Source: Eubacteriales bacterium
GTDB taxonomy: Bacteria > Bacillota > Clostridia > Saccharofermentanales > DTU023
DNA: 64,000 nucleotides
Direction of reading: 5' to 3'
Assembly (NCBI GenBank): GCA_030532065.1
Contig: JAUNLW010000001.1
Coordinates: 587,853 to 651,852 of the forward strand
In this document: positions 38,065-46,823 of the stretch, in pieces
Numbering within the stretch: position 1 is the first letter of the stretch
Layout of the letters: every line of letters starts with the position of its first letter
Made by a program: the position numbers and the translations under genes
Notes under the pieces: model-generated
Database searches by the model: none
What the model was told of the DNA's origin: nothing
What the model saw: only the letters and a program-made list of their open reading frames with translations

Positions 38065-38687
38065 TAGGCATATACCTCCTCAATTTTGCGAATGGAAGCT
38101 TCAGTTGCCAGAACGTTCTCGTGTTTCAGGAGATCATAAACATTTAAGGTGTTTACATACTCAACCTGCAGGCCGGGAATATTCGCAGCTGATTTCTCCA
38201 CTACGCGGTCTTTTTCCGGGAGAATAACCAGAGTGTTATTGGAGAGCTGAAGATTCTTAAGCAGCTCTACCATCCGCTTGGTCTTAATCTCGGGCAGCTC
38301 CAGGGCATCTAACGCCTTGAACTTATCTTCCATAACGCAGCTGGACAGGGCTGACTTGAGAGCTAATCTTCTCATCTTCTTATTCATCCTGGTGCGGTAG
38401 GAACGTGGCACGGGCGCGAAGCTTACGCCACCACCAACCCATAAGGGTGAACGGATAGAACCTTGACGGGCACGACCGGTTCCCTTTTGTCTGTAGGGCT
38501 TACGACCACCACCACGTACTTCAGCTCTGGTCTTGGCTTTTTGTGTGCCCTGACGCTTATTTGCGAGCTGCATGACCACAACTCTGTGCAAGAGATCTTC
38601 GTGGGGTTCAATACCGAAAATGCTTTCTGCAATTTCGAGCTCGCCCTTTTGCTCACCTTGCATATTGTATAAGTTAATCTTCGTCAT
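38064..38687 (-). CDS. rplD: 50S ribosomal protein L4
   Basis: The protein is 207 aa. It contains RGGGRKPYRQKGTGRARQGS. Confidence 0.97.
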   Translation of the reverse strand: MTKINLYNMQGEQKGELEIAESIFGIEPHEDLLHRVVVMQLANKRQGTQKAKTRAEVRGGGRKPYRQKGTGRARQGSIRSPLWVGGGVSFAPVPRSYRTRMNKKMRRLALKSALSSCVMEDKFKALDALELPEIKTKRMVELLKNLQLSNNTLVILPEKDRVVEKSAANIPGLQVEYVNTLNVYDLLKHENVLATEASIRKIEEVYA

Positions 38688-38706
38688 CTGTCTTACCTCT
38701 CACTCT

Positions 38707-39333
38707 CTAGCGTCCGCTCTTGATCGTACTGGAGATTTCCAGCAGACTGTCGCGGGAACCAGGTACAGAGCCTTTGACTACGAGGAAGTTTCTCTCCCCG
38801 TCAACCATGACCACTTCCAGGTTCTGGACAGTAGTGCGGGCATTACCCAGTTGTCCTTGCATTTTCTTACCCTTCTTTACTTTAGAAGGAGTAGCGGAGC
38901 TGCCCAGAGAGCCGTTGGAGCGATGGAATTTGGAGCCATGGGCTTCCGGTCCACGTCCGAAATTATGGCGTTTCATGGGTCCGGCAGTGCCTTTACCCTT
39001 AGAGGTGCCCACTACGTCAATGCGATTTCCAACTTCAAACATCTCATCTACTTTGATGACTTGACCAAGTTCATAATCTTCATCAGCAGCGAATTCGCGC
39101 AGATAGCGTTTGGGGGTCACGTCTAATTTCTTGAACTGGCCCGCGTCAGGTTTGTTTGCCTTTTTCACATCATCGTAGGCAACTTTGACAGCTTCATAAC
39201 CATCATTTTCTACACTTTTCTTCTGAATAACTGTGATAGGGCCGCAGTCAATGACGGTTACAGGAATTGCCTGTCCAGTTTCATCGAATACCTGGGTCAT
39301 CCCTACCTTTTTTCCGAGCATGAATTTACTCAT
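38707..39333 (-). CDS. rplC: 50S ribosomal protein L3
   Basis: The protein is 208 aa. It contains LGKKVGMTQVF and GTSKGKGTAG. Confidence 0.97.
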   Translation of the reverse strand: MSKFMLGKKVGMTQVFDETGQAIPVTVIDCGPITVIQKKSVENDGYEAVKVAYDDVKKANKPDAGQFKKLDVTPKRYLREFAADEDYELGQVIKVDEMFEVGNRIDVVGTSKGKGTAGPMKRHNFGRGPEAHGSKFHRSNGSLGSSATPSKVKKGKKMQGQLGNARTTVQNLEVVMVDGERNFLVVKGSVPGSRDSLLEISSTIKSGR

Positions 39334-39390
39334 ATACTTTCCTCCTGCTTATCGGTTCACTTTTTTGTGAACATGAGCCGGATCTGCAAA

Positions 39391-39702
39391 TCAGATCTTA
39401 ATCTCGATGTTTACGCCAGCGGGCATCTCTAACTTCATAAGAGATTCAATCGTCTTGTTGTTAGGCGCCAGGATATCGATCAGTCTCTTGTGAGTGCGAA
39501 GCTCGAACTGTTCACGAGAGTCCTTGTTTACGTGCGGGGAACGCAAGATGGTGTAGATCTCTTTCTCCGTAGGTAAGGGAATGGGACCGGAGACAATAGC
39601 TCCAGACCTTTTGGCGGACTCGACAATTCTCGAGGCACTTTCGTCTAAGACCTGATGGTCAAAGGCTTTGAGTCTGATTCTGATTTTTTGGTTGACAGCC
39701 AT
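39391..39702 (-). CDS. rpsJ: 30S ribosomal protein S10
   Basis: The protein is 103 aa. It contains [14 protein letters not shown] and PLPTEKE. The RBS is TAGGAGGAAAAC-ATG. Confidence 0.97.
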   Translation of the reverse strand: MAVNQKIRIRLKAFDHQVLDESASRIVESAKRSGAIVSGPIPLPTEKEIYTILRSPHVNKDSREQFELRTHKRLIDILAPNNKTIESLMKLEMPAGVNIEIKI

Positions 39703-39952
39703 GTTTTCCTCCTAGTTGTCTGCATTTTTCACAACTCAGCCGGGCGTTTCATCTTTCTTCAAGCAAAAACCCAGTCGCTTCATCATTAAGACGCATGCGC
39801 TGGGCAAGAAAACTAACCCTCATCATGCTGCGTTGTGAACCATCCACCTCTACGGGTGGACTACTCCGTCTAAGTTACCCGCGTGATCGGCGCAGCGCCG
39901 GTCCACGGCAATCTCAGACTTCATCGGTTGGTCGCTCAGAATTAAGCGACGT
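39703..39952 (-). promoter_or_regulatory. structured 5' leader of the S10 operon (candidate autoregulatory attenuator)
   Basis: This is a non-coding, GC-rich stretch with several hand-checked helices. They are GTCGCT/AGCGAC (39950-39931), GTCTGAG/CTTAGAC (39919-39913 with 39874-39868), CGGCG-CTG-CGCCG (39900-39888) and GTCCACC/GGTGGAT (39861-39842). The stretch ends in an intrinsic terminator. Confidence 0.55.
39765..39804 (-). terminator. intrinsic terminator inside the S10 leader, 62 nt upstream of the rpsJ ATG
   Basis: On the minus strand: CCCAGCGC (39804-39797), an 18-nt loop, GCG-A-CTGGG (39778-39770, one bulged A), then TTTTT (39769-39765). Confidence 0.65.
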
Positions 39953-39957
39953 ACAAG

Positions 39958-39986
39958 AGTATAGCTGTAATTTAGGCGCTGTGCAA
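39958..39986 (-). promoter_or_regulatory. sigma-70-type promoter of the S10 operon / leader RNA
   Basis: On the minus strand: TTGCAC (39986-39981), a 17-nt spacer, then TATACT (39963-39958). Confidence 0.6.
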
Positions 39987-40012
39987 GGCCTGAAGCTGTA
40001 GAATCAGGCCTT
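39985..40012 (-). terminator. putative trpS 3' hairpin (no U-tract), abutting the S10 promoter -35 box
   Basis: On the minus strand: AAGGCCTGA (40012-40004), a 10-nt loop, then TCAGGCCTT (39993-39985). It is followed by GCACAGCG, so it is not a canonical terminator. Confidence 0.35.
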
Positions 40013-40061
40013 TAGCGCGCTTTTTAGAGCTAAAAGCACAAATTCGTGCAGATGCACAAAA

Positions 40062-41084
40062 TTAGTATTTTAGGCCGAGGGCAGTTTTAAGTTCTTCCAA
40101 AGTATTTTCTGCTATTTCTGCAGCTTTAAGGCTGTTTTCTTTAAGCATATCCATGATTGCGCCCCTATCTTGCTCTAACTCTTTGCGTCTGGCACGAATA
40201 GGAGCCAAAAAGTCCTGCATCACATCATTGAGATGGCGCTTTACTTTGACGTCTCCCAGGCCTCCACGAGCGTAATGAGCCTTCATCTCTTCTAAAGCTG
40301 ACTTATCGGGATCAAAAGCAGTCAGGTAGTCAAAGACAGTGTTGCCCTCAACTTTGCCAGGGTCTTCTACTCTAAGGTGATCGGGGTCAGTAAACATGCT
40401 CATCACTTTCTGTTTGATGGTTTCCTCATCATCAGATAAGTAAATGCAATTGCCAAGACTTTTACTCATCTTGGCTCCGCCGTCAGTGCCGGGTAAACGC
40501 GTTACGGTAGACAATACGGCTTCACACTCACGCAAAATATCTTTATTGCAGGTCCGATTTACAGAACGTACTATCTCGTTGGTCTGCTCAATCATTGGAA
40601 GCTGGTCATCGCCAACCGGAACTAAGTTTGCCTTAAAAGCAGTGATGTCAGCAGCCTGACTGATTGGATAATTTATAAAACCCATAGGGATGCTTGATCC
40701 AAAGCCCTTTTGCTGCATTTCGTTCTTGACCGTTGGGTTGCGTTGAACGCGTGATAAGGTCACAAAATTCATATAGAGAATGGTTAGTTCGGGCAATGCC
40801 GGTATCAGAGATTGGATAAAGATAGTGTTCTTATCAGGAGAAAGTCCACAAGCCAGGTAATCAATCGCCAGTTCCATTACAGATTCCGATACCTTGTGTG
40901 AATCGTGCATGTGGTCGGTTAAGGCTTGTATATCCGCAATCATAATATAGCTCTCATCATACAAGTCTTGCATCCGTACACGATTAGCGATAGAGCCGGC
41001 GTAGTGTCCTATATGCAGTCGACCACTGGGGCGGTCACCGGTCAATACAATATCTTTTCCCTGTTTGCGCTCTTGTTCAGCCAT
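40062..41084 (-). CDS. trpS: tryptophanyl-tRNA synthetase
   Basis: The protein is 340 aa. It has the class I HIGH motif (GRLHIGHYAG) and KMSKS (GAKMSKSLGN). Confidence 0.95.
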   Translation of the reverse strand: MAEQERKQGKDIVLTGDRPSGRLHIGHYAGSIANRVRMQDLYDESYIMIADIQALTDHMHDSHKVSESVMELAIDYLACGLSPDKNTIFIQSLIPALPELTILYMNFVTLSRVQRNPTVKNEMQQKGFGSSIPMGFINYPISQAADITAFKANLVPVGDDQLPMIEQTNEIVRSVNRTCNKDILRECEAVLSTVTRLPGTDGGAKMSKSLGNCIYLSDDEETIKQKVMSMFTDPDHLRVEDPGKVEGNTVFDYLTAFDPDKSALEEMKAHYARGGLGDVKVKRHLNDVMQDFLAPIRARRKELEQDRGAIMDMLKENSLKAAEIAENTLEELKTALGLKY

Positions 41085-41099
41085 TTTGTTCTACCTCTC

Positions 41100-42431
41100 C
41101 TAACGTAATGTCTTAGCGTGTTCAATAGCAGCAGCTAACTGAGTATCGTTCTCACCTAACTGGCTCACGGTCAAGCCTTTATATTCTTTTTCCAAATCTA
41201 CTTCCATATCAGGCTCAATACCAATTTCGTTTATGCTGTCGCCCTTGGGTAAATAATAGTGGAAATTAGTAATCTGAATCGCTGAACCATCAGATAATTC
41301 ATAAGTAATAGAACCAACACCCTTACCAAAAGTATTTTTTCCTACGATGGTACTGCCTTTAACATCCCTAAGACAGCCCGTAAAGAGCTCACTGGCAGAA
41401 GCGGAATTCTCATTAACGAGAATAGTGTACTCCCAATCATCCGGTACACCAACAAAACTGTCAGAGGTCCAGGCTTCCGAGAATTCTTCCCCGTAGCTGC
41501 GTCCTTTTGCAACAGCAATGTCTACTTCCGGTAAGAGATAATCCAACATGGCGGTTACTTCACTTACATAGCCTCCAGGATTGTTACGCAGATCAAAAAT
41601 AATCGTCCTGGCTCCTTGTTCTTTAAGATCATCTAAGGCGTGGATGAAATTCTTGGCCACACCCTGGTTAAATTCCACAATGCGTACGTAACCAATCTGG
41701 TCTTCCAACATGGAATATTTAAGATTAGCTGTCGTGACTTTGCCACGTGTAACCACAACTTCCATCTCTTCGTTATCATTGGAGCGATAAATGGTAAGTG
41801 TTACTTTAGTGCCTTCTTCGCCTCTCACTTTGCTGGCCAGGAGACTGACGTCGGCAAAATTTTCCGCGGGTTCTCCATCAACGGCCAAGATCTGATCGCC
41901 ATTGCGCAGGCCTGCCGCGAGAGCTGGCGAGTCATCAAAAATATCTAAGATAAAATATGCGCCATCCCTGCTTCCTACCTGAGCACCAATACCGTAGTAT
42001 TCTCCTTCCATGGATTCTTGAAGCATATCGTATTCTTCAACATCCAGGTAGAAGGTATAAGGACTATCCATCTCATTTAAGAGGCCAGCATACATTGCCT
42101 CAATCATCTCATCATCACTCAGCTCACGATAATAGTTTTCTTTAAGATAGTTATAGATGATCTGGAGCTTGCGCATTTCTGTACTGGTACTCGCAGGCAC
42201 CAAATCATTAAAGGCAGGCATTGATTTTTCAGAGATTTGTCCCTTGTTTGCACTCTGAATATTTATGATTAGTCCCCAGTGACTTAGGAGTAAACCAAAG
42301 GCTAAAACCAGACAGACAAAAACGCCTACGGTCCTGAGCAGGATCTGCCAATTTAAGCGCTTTTTCTTTGGCTGATTTATTGAATTCTCTTGTTCCGGAT
42401 CTAAATTTTGCTTGTTGTTTTGATTATCCAC
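41100..42431 (-). CDS. ctpA: carboxyl-terminal processing protease (S41 family, PDZ domain), membrane anchored
   Basis: It has a PDZ region (GLRNGDQILAVDG) and S41 motifs NENSASASELF and TFGKGVG. The ORF track starts at TTG 42494. GTG 42431, 7 nt after GAGGG, is the more plausible start. Confidence 0.88.
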   Translation of the reverse strand: MDNQNNKQNLDPEQENSINQPKKKRLNWQILLRTVGVFVCLVLAFGLLLSHWGLIINIQSANKGQISEKSMPAFNDLVPASTSTEMRKLQIIYNYLKENYYRELSDDEMIEAMYAGLLNEMDSPYTFYLDVEEYDMLQESMEGEYYGIGAQVGSRDGAYFILDIFDDSPALAAGLRNGDQILAVDGEPAENFADVSLLASKVRGEEGTKVTLTIYRSNDNEEMEVVVTRGKVTTANLKYSMLEDQIGYVRIVEFNQGVAKNFIHALDDLKEQGARTIIFDLRNNPGGYVSEVTAMLDYLLPEVDIAVAKGRSYGEEFSEAWTSDSFVGVPDDWEYTILVNENSASASELFTGCLRDVKGSTIVGKNTFGKGVGSITYELSDGSAIQITNFHYYLPKGDSINEIGIEPDMEVDLEKEYKGLTVSQLGENDTQLAAAIEHAKTLR

Positions 42432-42554
42432 GATCAGGCCCTCAATTCTTAAAAACCTACTAAGCGAGATCAACCTATTAGCTAGATCGATCAATTTACA
42501 GGTAAATTTCTTACCTGACCATCATAACAAAGTAAGAGAGCTTTGCGGGAAAAC

Positions 42555-43808
42555 TTAGTACAAGTAAAGACGCGGATCAACGTGATTGCCACCGACTTCA
42601 ATCTGGAAATGCAGATGTGGTCCGGTGGAATTACCAGTAGAGCCAACGGCGCCAACAACATCTCCAGCGCTTACACTCTGGCCATTCGTAGCGTACACAG
42701 CATTCAAATGGCAATACATGATCACGATACCGCTACCTGCATCAATACGCACTGTATTACCGGCATATTCGTTGTACCAGCCGGCAAAAACGACCACGCC
42801 AGGCGCGGAAGCCAAGCAGGGTTCGTCAAAGTCCGCTGCAAAGTCCAGTCCAGTGTGGAAATCAGGGTAACCTAACTCAGGAATAAAACGCTCACCATAT
42901 TCAGAGCTGATAAAGTCAAAATTCGCTAAAGGCCAGATAAATCCGTTACCGGAGTAGATTGGCTCACCGGTGCCCGCAGGACTCTCCTCACTTTGGGCAG
43001 CCGCCAGGCTGTTGAGGTAAGCTTCCTGCTCTTGGCGTTTAGTTGCCTCATCGATATTAATTTGCAATTGGAAGTGATCATTGGAATAACTCTCTACCCG
43101 CTGGTAAAGAGCTGCCATTTCTGAATCCATAGCTGCAAGACTCAACTCTTTAGCATCTACATCTGCCTGGATCTCAGCCATATTATTTTCAATCGTCTTA
43201 AGTAGTTCCTGTAATTGCTCAAGTTTAGCAGTAGTTTGCTCATACTGCTTTTGCAGCTCTTCCTTAGACGTCCTTAAATGTTCCAGGTCCTGCTCATCCG
43301 CGTCAGAAATAAGCTTCATGAAGCGAAGTGTGGTGTAATATGAACTAAGCGAATCTGACTCCAACAGAATCTCTAACTGAGATTTCTTTTGCAGATTGTA
43401 CATGCTGTCCATGCGAGCCTCATAGTTGGCCTTCCTCTGCTCATACTGGCGGATGGCAACCTCAAGGTTACGATCCAGAGATTGCTGCATATCGGTAATA
43501 GCCGCAATTTGCAACATATGCTCCGAATAGAGCTTTTTCTGTTCTTCATTTCTTTCCTGTAGCCAGGCCAGGTCTGAATCCGCCAAAGCCTGCTCATTCT
43601 CAACTTTGTCTAAAGCACTTTGCGCTTCTTCCCATTGAGCGTATAGCTCTTCCTGCTCCGCCATAAGACGATCCAACTCGGACTGCGTATCCAGAGCGAA
43701 TACGGTGCCCGCTAAAGCTATAAACAAAAGATTGAATGCGAGCAAGAGCGCTAATAGGCATTTTGTGTATCTAGTTTTTTTGCGATCTACATAATATCTG
43801 TTAAACAT
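42555..43808 (-). CDS. M23/LytM-family peptidoglycan metalloendopeptidase with long N-terminal coiled coil (EnvC-like)
   Basis: The protein is 417 aa. It has a signal/anchor segment, ~250 aa of heptad-like Q/E/L-rich sequence, and the C-terminal motifs HTGLDFAA and GSTGNSTGPHLHFQI. Confidence 0.88.
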   Translation of the reverse strand: MFNRYYVDRKKTRYTKCLLALLLAFNLLFIALAGTVFALDTQSELDRLMAEQEELYAQWEEAQSALDKVENEQALADSDLAWLQERNEEQKKLYSEHMLQIAAITDMQQSLDRNLEVAIRQYEQRKANYEARMDSMYNLQKKSQLEILLESDSLSSYYTTLRFMKLISDADEQDLEHLRTSKEELQKQYEQTTAKLEQLQELLKTIENNMAEIQADVDAKELSLAAMDSEMAALYQRVESYSNDHFQLQINIDEATKRQEQEAYLNSLAAAQSEESPAGTGEPIYSGNGFIWPLANFDFISSEYGERFIPELGYPDFHTGLDFAADFDEPCLASAPGVVVFAGWYNEYAGNTVRIDAGSGIVIMYCHLNAVYATNGQSVSAGDVVGAVGSTGNSTGPHLHFQIEVGGNHVDPRLYLY

Positions 43809-43818
43809 TTTGCACCAG

Positions 43819-44721
43819 TTAAACTTGAATATAGCGTCTCACAGACAAAGAGGAAGTAACGCCACTGATTAATATGGCGAATACTACTACGATAAGGATG
43901 GCTGATCCCGCGACATTGGCAAGTGGCAAGAGACTGCCACCGATAATGTTATCTTTCTGCTGTAACAGGAAACGATAGCCAACAGATAACAGGGCTATGC
44001 TGATCAAGGCAGCCACCAGGCCAAGGAACACGCCTTGGATAATAAAAGGTATACGTATATAGAGGTCAGTAGCTCCCACAGCCTTCATGATTGAGAGCTC
44101 ATTGGATCTAGACAGCGCTATCATCCGCACCATATTGCTGATAACCAGTATACAAACAAAGAGCAAGACCGCAAATACGATCGCTGACACCAGGCTGACA
44201 CCGCGAATTGCTTTCTGCAGGGTCTGCATCAGACTAGCTTCCATCATAACATCATAGACTCCCGGAGTAGCCATAACTGCTTCTTTGAACGCAGGTCCCA
44301 GCTGAGGATTTGAGAGACGTAATAATATAGTCCAGGGTATGTGTTGAGTATAGTCAAACTCATCAAAGAGTCCTTCTTTATCCATTAAGTCGATGAAGTC
44401 CTTCATGTTGTCTTCTGGACTCATCAGCTTGTATTCCACGATATTTTCGTTGGATGCGAACTGTTCGGCCAGATTTTGGACTACATTCGGATCTACGCCT
44501 ACCTCAAACTGAACTTCTACTGGCGGTGTTTCACCTGCTTCCTTCAACAGATGGTTCGCGTTAAGGGCAAACATAATAAAGGCCCCTAAAAGAAAAAACA
44601 CGATAAACATCGTAGTTATTGCTACTAAGATGATCAACGGGTGGCGTCTCAAACCCACAAAACCATCTCGGATAGCATATTTTAAGCCTTTATTGCCCAT
44701 TGTTGTCTCTACTTTCTTCAT
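43819..44721 (-). CDS. ftsX: cell-division ABC transporter permease-like protein FtsX
   Basis: The protein is 300 aa. It contains RDGFVGLRRHP and 4 TM segments with a large first extracellular loop, and it follows ftsE. The start is uncertain (ATG 44721 or ATG 44700), and neither has a strong RBS. Confidence 0.9.
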   Translation of the reverse strand: MKKVETTMGNKGLKYAIRDGFVGLRRHPLIILVAITTMFIVFFLLGAFIMFALNANHLLKEAGETPPVEVQFEVGVDPNVVQNLAEQFASNENIVEYKLMSPEDNMKDFIDLMDKEGLFDEFDYTQHIPWTILLRLSNPQLGPAFKEAVMATPGVYDVMMEASLMQTLQKAIRGVSLVSAIVFAVLLFVCILVISNMVRMIALSRSNELSIMKAVGATDLYIRIPFIIQGVFLGLVAALISIALLSVGYRFLLQQKDNIIGGSLLPLANVAGSAILIVVVFAILISGVTSSLSVRRYIQV

Positions 44722-45610
44722 TTATTTGCCGGCGCGAATTGATTTTCGGATGACGACGCCTCCGCGAGTCGCTTGTCACTTGCTGGCGCAACTCATTGAT
44801 GTCCGGCACATAAAATTCCTGCGCGTTCTCCACCAGGATTTCTTCACTTGCTACCCTATACTGATCATCGTCCAGCAGTTCACGCATTTCGGAAGATATT
44901 TGGGGATGGACGGGTACCATATTTTGAGCAGGGTCAGCTAGAATAGAAGGCGGGTCATCTCGAATAACCCTGCCACGATGAAGCTCAATGACCCGTTTAT
45001 TCATACGCTCTACCATTTCCAGGTCGTGCGTACAAGCTACTACGGTGGTACCGGCCTTATTGATGTCATCTAAAAGCGCCATGATTGCTTCACTGTTATG
45101 GCGATCTAAATTACCCGTAGGCTCATCCGCCAAGATCAGGCGTGGATTGTTGACCATAGCTCTAGCTATTGCCACGCGTTGGGCTTCACCGCCGGAAAGC
45201 TCACTGGGATAATTATCTTCTTTGTGGCGCAATCCAACCACACTTAGCACGATCGGCACACGACGTTCAATCAGATCTTTTGGCGCGCCAACTATCTCCA
45301 TGGCAAAAGCCACATTTTCAAAAACAGTTTTACTCTCGATCAGCCGGAAATCCTGGAAGACCATGCCAATCTTACGACGCAAAAAGGGCACAAATTTCTT
45401 TTTCATCCGACTGACATCGAAATTATCTAAAATGACCGTACCGGATGTAGGCCTTTCTTCTCGGGTTAAGAGCTTGATCATGGTAGATTTACCCGCTCCA
45501 CTCTCTCCAATCAGAAAGACAAACTCACCCGCGTCAACCTTAAAACTTACATGATGCAGGGCGTGAGTTTTTTGGTCATACAATTTGCTTACGTCAATTA
45601 GTTCTATCAA
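44690..45610 (-). CDS. ftsE: cell-division ATP-binding protein FtsE (with ~85-aa C-terminal extension)
   Basis: The protein is 306 aa. It has Walker A GESGAGKST, signature LSGGEAQRVAIARA and Walker B LILADEPTGNLD. An extra acidic-then-basic tail follows ~aa 222. Confidence 0.92.
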   Translation of the reverse strand: MIELIDVSKLYDQKTHALHHVSFKVDAGEFVFLIGESGAGKSTMIKLLTREERPTSGTVILDNFDVSRMKKKFVPFLRRKIGMVFQDFRLIESKTVFENVAFAMEIVGAPKDLIERRVPIVLSVVGLRHKEDNYPSELSGGEAQRVAIARAMVNNPRLILADEPTGNLDRHNSEAIMALLDDINKAGTTVVACTHDLEMVERMNKRVIELHRGRVIRDDPPSILADPAQNMVPVHPQISSEMRELLDDDQYRVASEEILVENAQEFYVPDINELRQQVTSDSRRRRHPKINSRRQINEESRDNNGQ

Positions 45611-45634
45611 GAAACTACCTCAATTAGGCAAAAG

Positions 45635-46729
45635 TTATTGCCAGCGGCGATTTACGGCATAAGCCTCCCCTTTGCGCTGGAGATGCTCTAAATATTTTCT
45701 TACCATAGAGGCCAGCTTAAAGAGGACCGCGTCATCAAAAGTTCTCAAGTCTAGACCGGTTATTTTCTCAACTTTATCCAGGCGATAGACCAGGGTATTA
45801 CGGTGGACAAAGAGTTGGCGAGCCGTCTCAGAGCCATTTAGGTTGTTTTCAAAGAACTTTTCAATCGTCAATAAAGTCTCCGGATCCAAAGACTCATAGG
45901 CATCTGGCTCAAAGACTTCAGATAAGAACATGCGGCAGAGTGTAGGAGGCAGTTGGTAAATCAAACGGCCCAAACCCAAACGGTTATACCACATAATTCG
46001 ATCATTTTCGTAGAAGATAGAGCCGACAGTTAAAGCCAAATCAGCCTGTCTGTAAGAAGCAGCGCAGTCTTTCAGCTCTGGGGCTTCAAGGCCGATACCG
46101 ATATAGATCTGACGGCCGCTTTCCGCGAAACGATCCACAAGTTCTCTAGCTGCGGCATCCATCTCTTCATCATCTACACCTTCGTGAGTTAAGAGAATCA
46201 CCAGATTGTGCTCATCCACAGCAAACATCGTATCGAGCTTATCGCTTAAAACTTGTTCAGCTAATTCGCAGCCGCTGTCATCAATCTTCTCTGTTAAACG
46301 CAGCAGCATAACTTTGCGGGGCAAGCTGTACTGGATGTCATATTCTTGAGCTTTCAGAGGGATATCACCCGGCAGTTCGTTTTCCAATAGTACATTCTTG
46401 AGAAATGCGTTTCGCTCGCTGAACTCTGCCGCAGACTCATAGTGGTCGGCAACATAGCGCTCCAGCAAAAAAAGTAAGTCCTGGTGCTCCTTCAGCTTAC
46501 CTTTTACATAGATAACTAAAGGTATCCTATCCTCAAGATCTACTTTGAGGAAGGTGTAACCCTGGTATTCGATGGGACCTTTGGCTTCTAAAGATAAGGC
46601 TGCGCCTTGCCGCAGGTCGCTTATCTCTGCCTCGGACACGAGGCTGCTGATGTTATCGGCTAAGAGCGCGCCTACTTCCACCGACAAATTGGCTGCTAAG
46701 TCGTTTATTAAATCCAATATCTTTTCCAT
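45635..46729 (-). CDS. PucR/CdaR-family transcriptional regulator
   Basis: The protein is 364 aa. It has a C-terminal PucR-type HTH (GSETARQLFVHRNTLVYRLDKVEKITGLDL). I do not recognise the N-terminal sensor region. Confidence 0.7.
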   Translation of the reverse strand: MEKILDLINDLAANLSVEVGALLADNISSLVSEAEISDLRQGAALSLEAKGPIEYQGYTFLKVDLEDRIPLVIYVKGKLKEHQDLLFLLERYVADHYESAAEFSERNAFLKNVLLENELPGDIPLKAQEYDIQYSLPRKVMLLRLTEKIDDSGCELAEQVLSDKLDTMFAVDEHNLVILLTHEGVDDEEMDAAARELVDRFAESGRQIYIGIGLEAPELKDCAASYRQADLALTVGSIFYENDRIMWYNRLGLGRLIYQLPPTLCRMFLSEVFEPDAYESLDPETLLTIEKFFENNLNGSETARQLFVHRNTLVYRLDKVEKITGLDLRTFDDAVLFKLASMVRKYLEHLQRKGEAYAVNRRWQ

Positions 46730-46767
46730 AGTAGCTACCTTCCTCTTATTCTAGCTTTTATATATGT

Positions 46768-46793
46768 CAGCCGAGGCAATACTGCCTCGGCTG
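46768..46793 (-). terminator. strong GC-rich hairpin downstream of fhs (no U-tract)
   Basis: CAGCCGAGGCA (46768-46778), loop ATAC, then TGCCTCGGCTG (46783-46793). This is an 11-bp perfect stem about 30 nt after the fhs stop. Confidence 0.45.
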
Positions 46794-46823
46794 TGTGACC
46801 TAAAGATTAAGTTTAGTTTACTT

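Noticed and set aside
39703-39952. Whether the structured RNA upstream of rpsJ is a known housekeeping RNA (6S, SRP/4.5S, RNase P, T-box).
   Set aside because: - I found no SRP helix-8 motif (GGAAGCAGCC-like).
- I found no T-box sequence (GGGTGGTACCGCG-like).
- It is too short for RNase P.
- The ends do not form the long closing stem and central bubble expected for 6S.

I kept it only as an unclassified leader/attenuator candidate.
39795-40001. 68-aa plus-strand ORF in the trpS-rpsJ spacer.
   Set aside because: It is Arg/Ser/Leu-rich with no RBS, and it lies antisense to a promoter-leader-terminator unit that explains the sequence better.
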